The notes: generated by a model not told the origin, from the letters alone. A stretch of DNA of 64,000 nucleotides from Longimicrobiales bacterium (GCA_965249725.1 CBDFMQ010000002.1:608001-672000), one strand, 5' to 3'. Positions 42,480 through 52,548 are shown, counted from the first letter of the stretch. A program made the numbers and translations.

Positions 42480-43256
42480 TCAGTATTTGGGACGCAGCGC
42501 CCTCGACATGAGTAAGCGGGCGACTCGGACGAGCGTGTTCCCAACCCTCATCGACGACGGGGTCGGTTTGCGATCGTAATGAAGGTGAAACGGAACTTCC
42601 GAGATACGGGCACCAGCATCGATGACACGCAGTAGCAACTCGACCGCGGCGGCAAAACCGGGTTCGGTCACAAGTCGACCGTCGCGGCTAACGGCGGCGA
42701 TCCGTCGGAGCACGGACGCGTCGTAGGCACGAAGATTCGATGACAGGTCGGTCGTTACTCGCCCGAGGAGACGACTCACAACGCCGTTAGCCATACGGCT
42801 GACTGTGCGACGCGAAAGGGGAACTCCGACTTGCCTCGAGCCGGGAACATAGCGGGATGCCAATACGACGTCCGAAGCACCCCGCACGATGGGTTCTATC
42901 ATGGTCGGAATCAGACCGACATCGTGCGTGTCATCAGCATCCATCGTGACGATGATGTCCGCCGTTTCCAGGGCTTTCGACAAACCATCGTTCAATGCTA
43001 CGCCGAATCCGCTATTGACGTCGTGCGTCAAGCCACTTACGCGGTCGCCACGATGTTGTACTATGACGTCCGCCGTGCGGTCCGTGGACCCGTCATCGAC
43101 AACCAAGACCGAGAATTCGTACGAGGCCAATCCCGGCGCCACTCGGATCCGGTGGAAGATTCTTGCTAGTCCGTCCGCTTCGTTGTAGGCCGGAAGGACG
43201 AGCACCACGCGGGGGCTATAGCTCCCACGCTGCTGAGGGTCCAAAGCTTGTTCCAT
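42480..43256 (-). CDS. GT2 glycosyltransferase (polyprenol-phosphate sugar synthase-like)
   Basis: LPAYNEA, VDDGSTDRT, MDADDTH, SRYVPG. Confidence 0.88.
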   Translation of the reverse strand: MEQALDPQQRGSYSPRVVLVLPAYNEADGLARIFHRIRVAPGLASYEFSVLVVDDGSTDRTADVIVQHRGDRVSGLTHDVNSGFGVALNDGLSKALETADIIVTMDADDTHDVGLIPTMIEPIVRGASDVVLASRYVPGSRQVGVPLSRRTVSRMANGVVSRLLGRVTTDLSSNLRAYDASVLRRIAAVSRDGRLVTEPGFAAAVELLLRVIDAGARISEVPFHLHYDRKPTPSSMRVGNTLVRVARLLMSRALRPKY

Positions 43257-44036
43257 GCGGCCGCCTCGCCAGAGAGAGCGAAAAGGGTAACGGGGCCGGA
43301 CGGGTCTGCGCGAGGTGCTGGCCAACGAAATGACCGAGCCATGATCCTCGGCGTGTTGTTCAACGGCAAGATCCGACGTGACCGAGGAAGGGAAGCCTAC
43401 TCAGCGCTCCTATGGGGGCCTCTGGGTGGACCAGGAAGCACGAGGTTAGGTGAAGTTCACTCTGTCTGACGGTGTGATTGCTGCTGCCGGAGAGACCGTC
43501 ACCGAGATCGTTGAGAGGGTGTCCCAAGCAAGGTTGACCTCAAGTCCTGGACTCCCTTTGGGCTCCAATTCTCCAAGCAGTCTTGGCCGGAGATGCGCAA
43601 ACAACTCGTCTCTCTGACTGCGGCGGTCGTCAGGGGTTGGAAGACTCGAATGGATAACTTGGCCAGTGCTGGTGAGGTTTAGGCTCAGGCGGCCGAAGGA
43701 TCTCAGTAGCAGAAGACCGGTGAGGTGAGCTCGAAGTCGCGACAGCACATAACTCGGGCCTCCGGCTCGGGCCGCTAACAAGCGGCCCTCGGTCAAACCG
43801 GCCGCGACCGGGTGGGCGGCGGTTCGCAGATTCGGTAACTCAGAGGGAATAGACGAAGGAAACGAAGGAGTGGACCGGTTCGGAGGCCCGACCTGCATCG
43901 AACTAGAGTGTTTCTGGACGTCGGACGATTTCACTGGTTGGCATCCTGTCTCCAGTGGATCGGCGAACTACAATGGGTTCCTGGGCATATACATGCCGAA
44001 CTGACACCGCTGACTGAGCTCTCAAGGAGAAACGAG

Positions 44037-44471
44037 ATGTCGTTGCCACGATTAGGTCGAGCGGTGTGCTGGATAGCACTCGTGTTGGTCTCGCTACAGT
44101 CAGCTGCGTGTGTGTCCAACAGTACGGTCCATTGGGAAAGCGACTGGCGGGCGGCATCGACGCGCGCAGAGCAATTGACGGCTAGGCACATTGCAGAGAT
44201 CAAACTCTACTCAGGCCGAACCGTTAACGCTAGAAACGTGTCCTTTGGGCTGAATTCCCTTTGCTGGATGGCCCTTGATGCTGACTCGGTGTCCACCTTG
44301 GCCTTGAGCGACGTTGAACAGATTAGCGTGGGGCTGGGTCGAGCTACACTGCGAACTGCAGTGGCCCTAGGCCTCGCTCCGCTTGTCGTTGTGAGCTTGC
44401 CTTCGTATCTGATGCGTGACGGACGTCGAGTGCGTGTTTGGAGCGACGAACTCACACGGCTCTCAGCATAA
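44037..44471 (+). CDS. Hypothetical protein, possible lipoprotein
   Basis: AGGAG RBS, signal-like N terminus ending SAAC. Confidence 0.5.
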   Translation: MSLPRLGRAVCWIALVLVSLQSAACVSNSTVHWESDWRAASTRAEQLTARHIAEIKLYSGRTVNARNVSFGLNSLCWMALDADSVSTLALSDVEQISVGLGRATLRTAVALGLAPLVVVSLPSYLMRDGRRVRVWSDELTRLSA

Positions 44472-44724
44472 CGGGTGTCCTATTGGGTGCGATGCTCGGC
44501 TCTTCGGTTGGGGGTAGGGTTGTGTTTGTCCGCGAATAGGGCCGTTGTCGGATAGGTCACGTCATCTTTGAGGCGGGTCACCCTTCCGGGGTGGCCCGCT
44601 GCTCTCCTGTCGATCGATGGCCACGGGAACGCTCGTATCACACTGTCCCATTGGCGTCACCGGTCCGCACGCGGATGACCTGGTGCCTAACTAGGGTCGG
44701 GCAACAAAGCCATCCCCGGGGACG

Positions 44725-45192
44725 CTATTTCGTGGCCGTGACCTCTTCCGCAGGATCTGGCAACTGTTTCGCGTACTGATGTACTCCAAAGCCCGCCACG
44801 AAGAACGATAGCCACCAGAGGAAATACCCGGGTTGCAGGTTCTCTACATCAACACTCCCTTCAAGCCCGAGCACCCAATGGGCATTGAGGACGCCCGCCA
44901 GCATGCACGCCTGTCCCGCCTGAGCGATCTCCACCCGTGAACGAGTTGTCAGCACGAGGGGCAGGATCAGCACGAACACATTCGTGATGACGCTCGCGAC
45001 GAAGAGTGCGCCGACGAGCCCACCACCCTCGAAATCGACGCCTTCGTCGGGCCAGATGGGAATTAAGGCTGCGCGCACGGCCTCAAGGCCCGGAATAGCA
45101 TCGGGAAGATGGCCAAGAGCGACGTGCACCGGGACGAACCAAGCGATCACGTACATGAGTACGGCTCCGAGCACGACGTTGAGTGATTTCAT
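44725..45192 (-). CDS. Hypothetical membrane protein
   Basis: GGAGG RBS, four hydrophobic segments, PGYFLWW. Confidence 0.7.
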   Translation of the reverse strand: MKSLNVVLGAVLMYVIAWFVPVHVALGHLPDAIPGLEAVRAALIPIWPDEGVDFEGGGLVGALFVASVITNVFVLILPLVLTTRSRVEIAQAGQACMLAGVLNAHWVLGLEGSVDVENLQPGYFLWWLSFFVAGFGVHQYAKQLPDPAEEVTATK

Positions 45193-45304
45193 AAGGCCTC
45201 CCTTTCAAATGGTCTGAGCTGTGCTGACAACTCTTCTGGCATCATCTCCGGGCGTCGGACTCCGCAAGTGTGAACCTACGGAGCGGGAGGGCACCGACGC
45301 CCGG

Positions 45305-48300
45305 TCACGCGTCCTTTCCTCGAAGTCTCTTTGTGGCACCCAGGATGACCTTCGCAATGGCCTGGGTGCGAGTACTCTTGTCTCCTTCTTCGAGGGATTG
45401 GAAGCGCGTCTTCACCTTCCAACCACGGATGGTCTCCTCGCCGCCCGCTCCGTGGGCCTCGAGGGCCTCCAGGAATACGAACAGCTCTTCCGGCGTCAGG
45501 AACTCGATCCGAGAGAGGCTCTCTTCCTCAACGGCAGCCTCAACCGCCGCCTGAGCCCGACCCAGCACCTTCCTCTCCGGTGAGACCACCGCGACGGCGT
45601 CAAATCCGGCTGCCAAGCATTTCTGGACGTTCCCGACCTCTTGGTCTGGGGTACTCTTAACGGCTACCTCACAGGCCACTCGCTGCTCCGAGCGTTCAAG
45701 CGATACGTCCACCCGGCCCAGGCCGTCGAGGATCGGCTGCTCTACGGTGACGTGCCATCCTCGGCTTCCCGCCCAGCGCTTGATGAGTTCCTGGAGGTAG
45801 CGGTGTTGGGCGCCACCCCGACCGAGCGGTTGAGGCTCGGCGAGTTTGGTGGCTGCTAGAACCGGACGAGAGGCCCGACGAGGTGCAGGGGCCTCCTTGG
45901 GGATCTCCGGCGCTTCAGGCGGTGATTCCGGGGCCGTGGGAGGTCCAGGAGCTGAGGTGCGGCCCCGCCTGAGAGCCTCTTCCACGACATCGCGGGGTGT
46001 CCCGTACCTGGCGCGGGACAGCGCAACGATCCTCTGGACCCGATCCATTCCAACCGATGGTTCAAGCTCGAGGAGCGGCAGCGTCCTGAGGTTGAAGTCC
46101 CAGTCGGATCGCTCCACTCGACAAATCGCCTCCCCCCGACCCAGGCCGGAGAGGTCCTTCGCCTCAAACGAGGCGAAGCCCTCGGAGAGCTTGCGGGCGT
46201 CGCTGTCGCCAACCCGGAAGCAGACTCGCGTGGCAGGATTGCTGAGCACGGCGCTCGCTAGACCGGTGCCAGCTTGATCGAGTTGCGCGAGGTCCTGGTG
46301 AGCCAAGGTTAGGCCAAGGCCGTACTTGCGGGCGCCGCCCAAGATCTGGGTCATCGAGGGCGTAGCGAAGTGCTGAAACTCGTCCACGTATAGAAAGAAT
46401 GACCGTCGGTCGGCTTCTGCTTGTGCCTGCCGAGCGGCGGCGAGCTGTTGAAACTTGGCGGCTAGAAGCGAGCCAAGCAGATGGGCATTCTCCTCACCGA
46501 TGGCTCCCTGAGAGAGCCGGGCGAGGAAGATCTGCCCCTGGTCCATGATCTCGGCAAAGTCCAGGCGACTCTCACGCTGCGAGACCATCCGGCGAAGCGG
46601 CTTAGGTGCCAGGAAACTATCCAGGCGTGTGAGGAGCGGTCCCTGTGGACGGCCCGAGAGGAGCGGAAACTCACGCTGCCAGAAGTACACAACTTCCTCA
46701 TCCCGAACCGTCTGAAGGAAGGCAGTCCGAAAACCTGGCTCTACGAGGAAGCGCCGTAGATCAGCTAGGGTGCCGCCCTCGTCGGACTCCAGAAACGCCA
46801 GGACGGCATTACGGAGGACGGAGGTCATCTGGTCGCCCCAGCTGGTGGCCAGGCGCCTAAAGGCTGCCACGAGGTCGGAGGCGAGGAGGTTTCGCTCCAA
46901 CTCAGAGTGTGCGGAGAGAATATTGAACGCGATCGGGAAGTCCTCGTCGGCGGGATCGAGCAGAACAACGTCGCCGTGTCGCTCCTCGGGGATCCGTTCC
47001 AGTATCCGGTCGATGAGGTCGCCATGCGGATCGAGGACTCCGACACCCTCTCCGTTTTCGATGTCCTGTAGGATGAGGCTCAGAAGGAAATGTGACTTCC
47101 CTGTGCCGGTAGCCCCAAGAACATGCATGTGGCGCAGGCGGTGGCCGGATGGCAGGTGTACCGTGGCGGTCCGGCCTCGGTGGTCGTTCTCACCCAGCAC
47201 CAAACCCGGACCCTGTGTGAGGGTCGGGGCTTCCCTGGTGGTACGTCGCTCCCTGCGAAGGCTCTCAGAGCGCACTACTGGCGAGGGCAGGTGCACCAGG
47301 GCCACCAGCTCCCCAAGGTTCAAGATCATTCCGCTCCGGTGCGTTGTGCGCTCCAGCAGGTCGAGCTCGTGTTCGTCGTCCGGGTAGTCTGCGTTCGAAA
47401 GCGGGATGAGTTCGTTGGAGCCGGTGCGGGCCAGCGGGCCGAGTGCTCCCCCAACCGAGCGCACGATATCCCACGTTCGATCCTCATCTTCACTGCGCGC
47501 AGCGACCCGAATCACAGCGGCGAAGAGTGGCTCGGATGCTTTGGCACGAGCAAGCGATTTCGGTTCCGAGCCCTCCAGGAGTTCGGCGCCTCGGAGCATG
47601 TTCCCGGACCATGGATGACGGACACGCCGAAACAGCACTTGGAGGACAGCGACTTCTTGTCCTCGAAGACCTTCCATGGCGCCGACGATGCCGACGAGCG
47701 GGTCGGTCTGGAAACTCGTCCCAGTATCAAGCGGAAACAGGAACTCGTTTGAGAGTCCGAAGTCGACCAGGAGGGATGTGCCGATCTTGGCCTCTCCCCA
47801 GGCCTGACGAAGGGCCTCGGAACTCTCTTCGAGGGCGATTTCTGGAAAGTGAGCCAAGAGCTGGCGTTCCACCACGCCGGCGTCCTCACGTCGCGTTGCC
47901 CACTGGACCGTGATGGCCTTGCTGGTCCCGATGAGTTCGAAGCTGACCACATCAAGATGGGCAGGAAGGCTCGCCAAGACCTGACCCGCCACAGCCCCGG
48001 AGACCTTTAGATCTGGGGGTAGCGAGACCGAAAATTCTGTGAGATCTGGATGGGTCGCATCCAGATCGGGCCACGGCTCTTCCCCTTCGCTCGGACCATC
48101 GTCGGTGATGCCTGAGTCCGGCTCGCGCTCCTTCCTGACGAGTGACGCGACGAGCTTGCTGACCAACGTGGGCTTGTGGGCATCGTCGGTAAGAGTCGGG
48201 GCATTTGAAAACTCCGGGGGAAAGGGTCGAAACGGTGGCTCAATCTCCACGGCATGTGGCCACACCCACCACCCGCGTCCGCGGCGCTCCCACGCATAGA

Positions 48301-48409
48301 AATCGACAAGTTGACGCTCCGCTGGCGAGAGCGGGGCCGCTGCCGCGGTCGTGTCGTCCACCTGACGGCTACTTTCCGAGGAATTCTCGAAGGATCGGCT
48401 TGCGCTCAA
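45305..48409 (-). CDS. VirD4/TraD(TrwB)-like P-loop ATPase with long N-terminal region and C-terminal restriction-endonuclease-like domain
   Basis: RLRHMHVLGATGTGKS, LDPHGDL, LYVDEFQHF, RKYGLGLTLAHQ; C-terminal HRYLQ..IK...G.VDV...VACEV; true start may be GTG 48361. Confidence 0.85.
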   Translation of the reverse strand: MSASRSFENSSESSRQVDDTTAAAAPLSPAERQLVDFYAWERRGRGWWVWPHAVEIEPPFRPFPPEFSNAPTLTDDAHKPTLVSKLVASLVRKEREPDSGITDDGPSEGEEPWPDLDATHPDLTEFSVSLPPDLKVSGAVAGQVLASLPAHLDVVSFELIGTSKAITVQWATRREDAGVVERQLLAHFPEIALEESSEALRQAWGEAKIGTSLLVDFGLSNEFLFPLDTGTSFQTDPLVGIVGAMEGLRGQEVAVLQVLFRRVRHPWSGNMLRGAELLEGSEPKSLARAKASEPLFAAVIRVAARSEDEDRTWDIVRSVGGALGPLARTGSNELIPLSNADYPDDEHELDLLERTTHRSGMILNLGELVALVHLPSPVVRSESLRRERRTTREAPTLTQGPGLVLGENDHRGRTATVHLPSGHRLRHMHVLGATGTGKSHFLLSLILQDIENGEGVGVLDPHGDLIDRILERIPEERHGDVVLLDPADEDFPIAFNILSAHSELERNLLASDLVAAFRRLATSWGDQMTSVLRNAVLAFLESDEGGTLADLRRFLVEPGFRTAFLQTVRDEEVVYFWQREFPLLSGRPQGPLLTRLDSFLAPKPLRRMVSQRESRLDFAEIMDQGQIFLARLSQGAIGEENAHLLGSLLAAKFQQLAAARQAQAEADRRSFFLYVDEFQHFATPSMTQILGGARKYGLGLTLAHQDLAQLDQAGTGLASAVLSNPATRVCFRVGDSDARKLSEGFASFEAKDLSGLGRGEAICRVERSDWDFNLRTLPLLELEPSVGMDRVQRIVALSRARYGTPRDVVEEALRRGRTSAPGPPTAPESPPEAPEIPKEAPAPRRASRPVLAATKLAEPQPLGRGGAQHRYLQELIKRWAGSRGWHVTVEQPILDGLGRVDVSLERSEQRVACEVAVKSTPDQEVGNVQKCLAAGFDAVAVVSPERKVLGRAQAAVEAAVEEESLSRIEFLTPEELFVFLEALEAHGAGGEETIRGWKVKTRFQSLEEGDKSTRTQAIAKVILGATKRLRGKDA

Positions 48410-49034
48410 ACTCCGACATCAACGGGAGTCCTCCGTCCCGAGTCAGATCATCCACCACTTCATTGACGGCTGCCTGGACAGAACTCTGGAACATCAGCGT
48501 GGTGTCGATGCGGTAGTACGTTTCGGGGCTGAACCAGCGCTGATAGAGAGTCCCGAGAAGCGGCATCGCCACCAGGGCATCGTCCCAGCCCGCGACTTGG
48601 GAAGCCACGTAATTAGCGAAGAGCCAGAGGCACAGAGGCACCAAGAATGGGAGCAGGACCAGTGCTAGGAGGACTCCAACCACCTTCGTCATCACCAGGG
48701 TGAGGATGAGGGTTCCGAGGGTCAGCGCGGCAAGCGCCAAGGGGCCATATGGAGACTGGAGCCGCCCCAGCCACCAGGAGACGAAGAAGCCGTTTCCATA
48801 AGGGGCTCCGCAGACGTCGAAGACGAGACGACCTCGCTCGATGCGGAGGTACTCCCGCTTGGCTGAAAGCACTCCACCCTCGTGCCAATCAACCCGGGAG
48901 CGTGACGTCTCTGGGAGTTCACGCCTCTCAACGGCCTGCTCGACAGAGTCGTAGAACCCGAGTGGCGAGGCACTGAGGCCTTCGAAGAGCCGGTACCAGT
49001 GGGAAAGGACGGTGGGAGCGGCGCTGCCAGGCAT
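48369..49034 (-). CDS. Hypothetical two-TM membrane protein between the two ATPases
   Basis: AGGA RBS, central hydrophobic hairpin, tightly coupled to the downstream ATPase. Confidence 0.75.
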   Translation of the reverse strand: MPGSAAPTVLSHWYRLFEGLSASPLGFYDSVEQAVERRELPETSRSRVDWHEGGVLSAKREYLRIERGRLVFDVCGAPYGNGFFVSWWLGRLQSPYGPLALAALTLGTLILTLVMTKVVGVLLALVLLPFLVPLCLWLFANYVASQVAGWDDALVAMPLLGTLYQRWFSPETYYRIDTTLMFQSSVQAAVNEVVDDLTRDGGLPLMSEFERKPILREFLGK

Positions 49035-49195
49035 AGTCGGTTCCTTTCCTAATGGAACGTGGCCTGGGGGGTGCTATCTCAACTTGCGCACAAGGTACGT
49101 TGGGGCAGGGCATAGGCGCCAGGAAATTGACGTTGGAGTTGGTCGTGTCACCGCCGTCCGAGTGGACGACGCGGCCAACTCTAGACCGTTATGAG

Positions 49196-50377
49196 TCAGC
49201 GTAAGGAGTCGATCGAGACGGCCGAGAACGGTCGTGACACCTCACCCTCAACAAGAAGTCTGAGGTACATCTCATACCTCGGTAGCCCGATCAGGTCGTC
49301 GGACGAGAACACGGGGGCGAATTCTCGGGCGAGGGAGATCGCGTCCTGACCGCCGACTCGGAAGGACGCCAGGGTGCCCGTGTTGCCGAACACGGCGTCG
49401 CGGATCCCGGGCTCTAACTGACTCAGATGTTGATGGGCGAGAACCATGCCAATTTTGTACTTACGAAGTTCAGACAGCATGTTGGCGAGGGATTGCGTCG
49501 TGAACGTCTGGAATTCGTCGAGGTAGACCCAGAAGTCTGAGCGATCTTCCTCAGGCTGGTCGCCTCGCGAGAGCCCTGCGAGGGCGATGTGGGATAGAAG
49601 GAAGGAACCCAGAATCGTGGCAGGTCCCTCTCCGATCCGGCCTTTGTCCAGGTTAACCAAGAGTATCTTGCCTGAATCCATCAGACGGCGGAGATCCAGC
49701 ATCCTCCCCTGGTCAACTAGAATGCGGCGGAGCAGGGGGTCCACCAGTAGCCCGCCCACCTTGTTCTGGAGGGGCGCGATTACGACGGCCCGGAAGGCTG
49801 GTGAGTACCGGTCGAACTCATCGATCCAGAACCGCCGAACGACATCGTTCTCCAAATCGGCCACCAGATTCTTCCGGTAGTCCCGATCCGTCAAGAGTGC
49901 GGGGATGTCGCCCAAAGTGCCTCCCGGTGCCTCCAAGAGCGTGTAGACGACATTGCGAAGTAAGTGCTCTAGGCGAGGACCCCAGTCGTCGGGCCAGATT
50001 TTCCGGAAACTCTCGACCAGGCCTGCGGCAGCCAGTGGCCGATTCTCCGGCGAGATGCCGGCAAACGGGTTGAAATGCCACTCGAGCCTACGGTCCGGGA
50101 CATCGAGGTAGATGAGATCAGCGTGTCTCTCAGGAGGTATCTGCTCACGGACACTGGCGACTAGGTCTCCGTGGGGATCGAAGAGCGCGAATCCCCCCCC
50201 GGCGGCGGCATCCTGGGCGGCCATGACCCGGAGGAGTGTGGATTTTCCCGTGCCGGTCTTGCCTACCAGGTAGAAATGGGAACGCCTGTCTGCTTGGCGG
50301 ATGCCAAAGAGGGTGCCTGCGTTTCGATGACTGGTTCGGGCGAAGAAAGTGATGCGGCTGTCTGGGGTGGATGACAT
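49196..50377 (-). CDS. Second VirD4/TraD-like ATPase (stand-alone NTPase domain)
   Basis: FGIRQADRRSHFYLVGKTGTGKS, FDPHGDL, VYLDEFQTF, LSELRKY...LAHQ, RPFSA. Confidence 0.87.
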   Translation of the reverse strand: MSSTPDSRITFFARTSHRNAGTLFGIRQADRRSHFYLVGKTGTGKSTLLRVMAAQDAAAGGGFALFDPHGDLVASVREQIPPERHADLIYLDVPDRRLEWHFNPFAGISPENRPLAAAGLVESFRKIWPDDWGPRLEHLLRNVVYTLLEAPGGTLGDIPALLTDRDYRKNLVADLENDVVRRFWIDEFDRYSPAFRAVVIAPLQNKVGGLLVDPLLRRILVDQGRMLDLRRLMDSGKILLVNLDKGRIGEGPATILGSFLLSHIALAGLSRGDQPEEDRSDFWVYLDEFQTFTTQSLANMLSELRKYKIGMVLAHQHLSQLEPGIRDAVFGNTGTLASFRVGGQDAISLAREFAPVFSSDDLIGLPRYEMYLRLLVEGEVSRPFSAVSIDSLR

Positions 50378-50495
50378 GGAGTCATCGTGCCTGAGACGGC
50401 CGTCTCCTGAAAGAGGTATGATCCTGCCCATCAGTCACTTCTGGCTCGCGCCCGAGGTTCGGTATGCGAGAAGCTAAGTACCCTGCGGACACGAA

Positions 50496-51566
50496 TCAGG
50501 GGCGAGTAGTAGACCTCAGTTCGGTTACTACACCGGTATTGATGTCGATCTCGACCAGATCAGATCCCGAAAAGCCGAACAGCCTGTCTCCCTTGAACAT
50601 CAGATCCTCGACCTGTGGCAAGGTGCTCAGCGTTGCGGGCGTCAATGCAAATGTGGTCGGGTTCATGGTCATGAGGCTGATCGGAGATCCGGCGTCCGAA
50701 TGGCTTTCTTTCGTAGTGACATAGATCGAGCCCGCCGGGGACCGGGCTGCCCCAAGAAGGAAATCGCTGAAGTATTGATACACCCGCTGTGTGCCCGATC
50801 CAGGCGTGTAGCGATATAGGTCGGTGAAGCCAGCAAAAGTGGTCACAAGCAAGAGTGACCCGGTCGGCTCGCAAAGGGTACTCGTCACATTGGCCGGTCC
50901 GATATCGATCTCTTCTTGAGAGGTGGCAATAGCGGTTGGAGGGTCTACCCGCCACAGAATATCGCCGTGGTACACATTCGAGTTCTCTGTCGCCCAGACG
51001 TCGCCCGTCTCGCATTCGGTCATCGCTGCTAGCAGGGGCCAATTGGACCTTCGCGCGCTCCCTCCACTTAAGTCTGCAGAGGCCACATGGACGATTCCGA
51101 CACGGAGATCCATTCCGCTCCTTGCTGTGTCGACCATCGCGATCGTCGTGGTGGTTATTGGTGTTAGAAGCGTATCGTATCCAAGGGCGAGAATTGAGCC
51201 GGGAATACGCGTCGGGGTCGTGGACACGATATCGACGGAACCGTGAATTCCAGTGACGGTCTCCGTTGCGGTGATCGTCGCTTGACCTGGTGACCTCGCC
51301 TCAATCAATCCACTGGCTGAAACGCCGACCAACATTGAAGCGGTGGATTGCCAACGAAACAGCTTGCCCGTGATTGTCTTGCCTCTGGCATCTCTTGCTA
51401 TGGCGGTGAGAGAGATCGCCTCGCCAACTTGCACGGTCGTCTTAGGTGCTAGGGCTTCGACGTCCGCAACTCCAGCAAGCTCAAACGGAATTGTCGGAGT
51501 TCCATCGTCGCCCCCACAAGCGAGACCGATGAGAAGAATCGAGAGAATGATGGTAGCCCTTTTCAT
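50496..51566 (-). CDS. Lipoprotein with Ig-like (Big_2-type) domain and propeller-like repeats
   Basis: GGAGG RBS, lipobox GLAC, VGEAISLTA..RDARG...WQS...VSASGLI....PGQATITA. Confidence 0.75.
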   Translation of the reverse strand: MKRATIILSILLIGLACGGDDGTPTIPFELAGVADVEALAPKTTVQVGEAISLTAIARDARGKTITGKLFRWQSTASMLVGVSASGLIEARSPGQATITATETVTGIHGSVDIVSTTPTRIPGSILALGYDTLLTPITTTTIAMVDTARSGMDLRVGIVHVASADLSGGSARRSNWPLLAAMTECETGDVWATENSNVYHGDILWRVDPPTAIATSQEEIDIGPANVTSTLCEPTGSLLLVTTFAGFTDLYRYTPGSGTQRVYQYFSDFLLGAARSPAGSIYVTTKESHSDAGSPISLMTMNPTTFALTPATLSTLPQVEDLMFKGDRLFGFSGSDLVEIDINTGVVTELRSTTRP

Positions 51567-51612
51567 GGTCCCTCCAGGAGAACGTCGCGGGGTTGCAGAG
51601 AATTGGGTCGGG

Positions 51613-52098
51613 TCACATCCCCACTTGAATCGAGACCTTGGCCTGAAATCCCTCGACGTTGGGTTCTATGGCGAGGTTCAGTCGCTGGCGAAGCTCTTCA
51701 TTGTGGCGCCTCGCGTAGTCCATTGCCGAGACCACTCCCCACACCCTTCCCCCGAGATACGCCAGGACCCCTCCGATGATGAGAGCGTCATTGCCATCCT
51801 GAATGCAGGAGCCGAGAAACTGCTGCCTACATCCGACTGAGGTCCCGGCGATTGCGAGCACGAGACCTCCAACGCTCACCACCGTTGGCTTCAGGCCGAC
51901 CTTCGCATCATCCACGTAGGCGTGGCCGACAATGGGGATGGCCATTTCGAGCATGATGGCGGCGAGCTCGTCCTTTTTTTCGGCATTGTACCGGGATAGG
52001 GCGTCAGAGCTACCGGTCACCTGACCCACGACGGGGCTTACTGGCAGCAGGGTTGTGGTGGAGAGAACGAGCAACAGGAGTGTGAGTGATCCACGCAT
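51613..52098 (-). CDS. Exported hypothetical protein
   Basis: GGAGG RBS, signal peptide, P.VGHAY motif and hydrophobic helices. Confidence 0.7.
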   Translation of the reverse strand: MRGSLTLLLLVLSTTTLLPVSPVVGQVTGSSDALSRYNAEKKDELAAIMLEMAIPIVGHAYVDDAKVGLKPTVVSVGGLVLAIAGTSVGCRQQFLGSCIQDGNDALIIGGVLAYLGGRVWGVVSAMDYARRHNEELRQRLNLAIEPNVEGFQAKVSIQVGM

Positions 52099-52251
52099 TT
52101 GGGGCCTCCGTGAAAAGAAGAGGGTGAGAGAGACCAGCTCAGGACACCGTCACCGACGCTGGCTCCTCCACGATGTGCCAATGTCCGTAGCGACAATAAT
52201 GCTACTTCTATGCTGTCGCAAGAATGACGCGCCGACCTCACGGTTGGCGCC

Positions 52252-52548
52252 ATGGCAAAGATCAAGAAGACTCACCTCAGGGTGTCAATCGGGCTTCGAC
52301 TGCGGGCTCTTCGTCAGGAAGCTGGGATAAGCTCACAGGAGGCCTTGGCGCACAGGGCCGGAGTTCACCGGACTTACATAGGACGGCTAGAGCGAGGGGA
52401 GAGCGGGGTGACGGTGGATTCCCTCGCGGCTATTCTCGCTGTGTTTCCGGTTAGCCTAGCGGAGTTCTTTCAACCGTTTAATGAAGCCGTGCGCCCAGCC
52501 ACACCGAGGAAGCGATCGCCAACGGTGCGCCGTACGCCAGATACATAG
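52252..52548 (+). CDS. XRE-family HTH transcriptional regulator
   Basis: IGLRLRALRQEAGISSQEALAHRAGVHRTYIGRLERGE. Confidence 0.88.
   Translation: MAKIKKTHLRVSIGLRLRALRQEAGISSQEALAHRAGVHRTYIGRLERGESGVTVDSLAAILAVFPVSLAEFFQPFNEAVRPATPRKRSPTVRRTPDT

Noticed and set aside
43446..43934. 162-aa minus-strand ORF
   Set aside because: No recognisable motif or RBS and atypical composition; cannot be supported as a gene.
43440..44700. Integron attC-like motifs (GTTAGGT at ~43445, GCTAACAAGCGG at ~43774, GCATAAC at ~44466, GCCTAAC at ~44685)
   Set aside because: Could not pair R''/R' boxes with a proper L-box hairpin, and there is no integron integrase.
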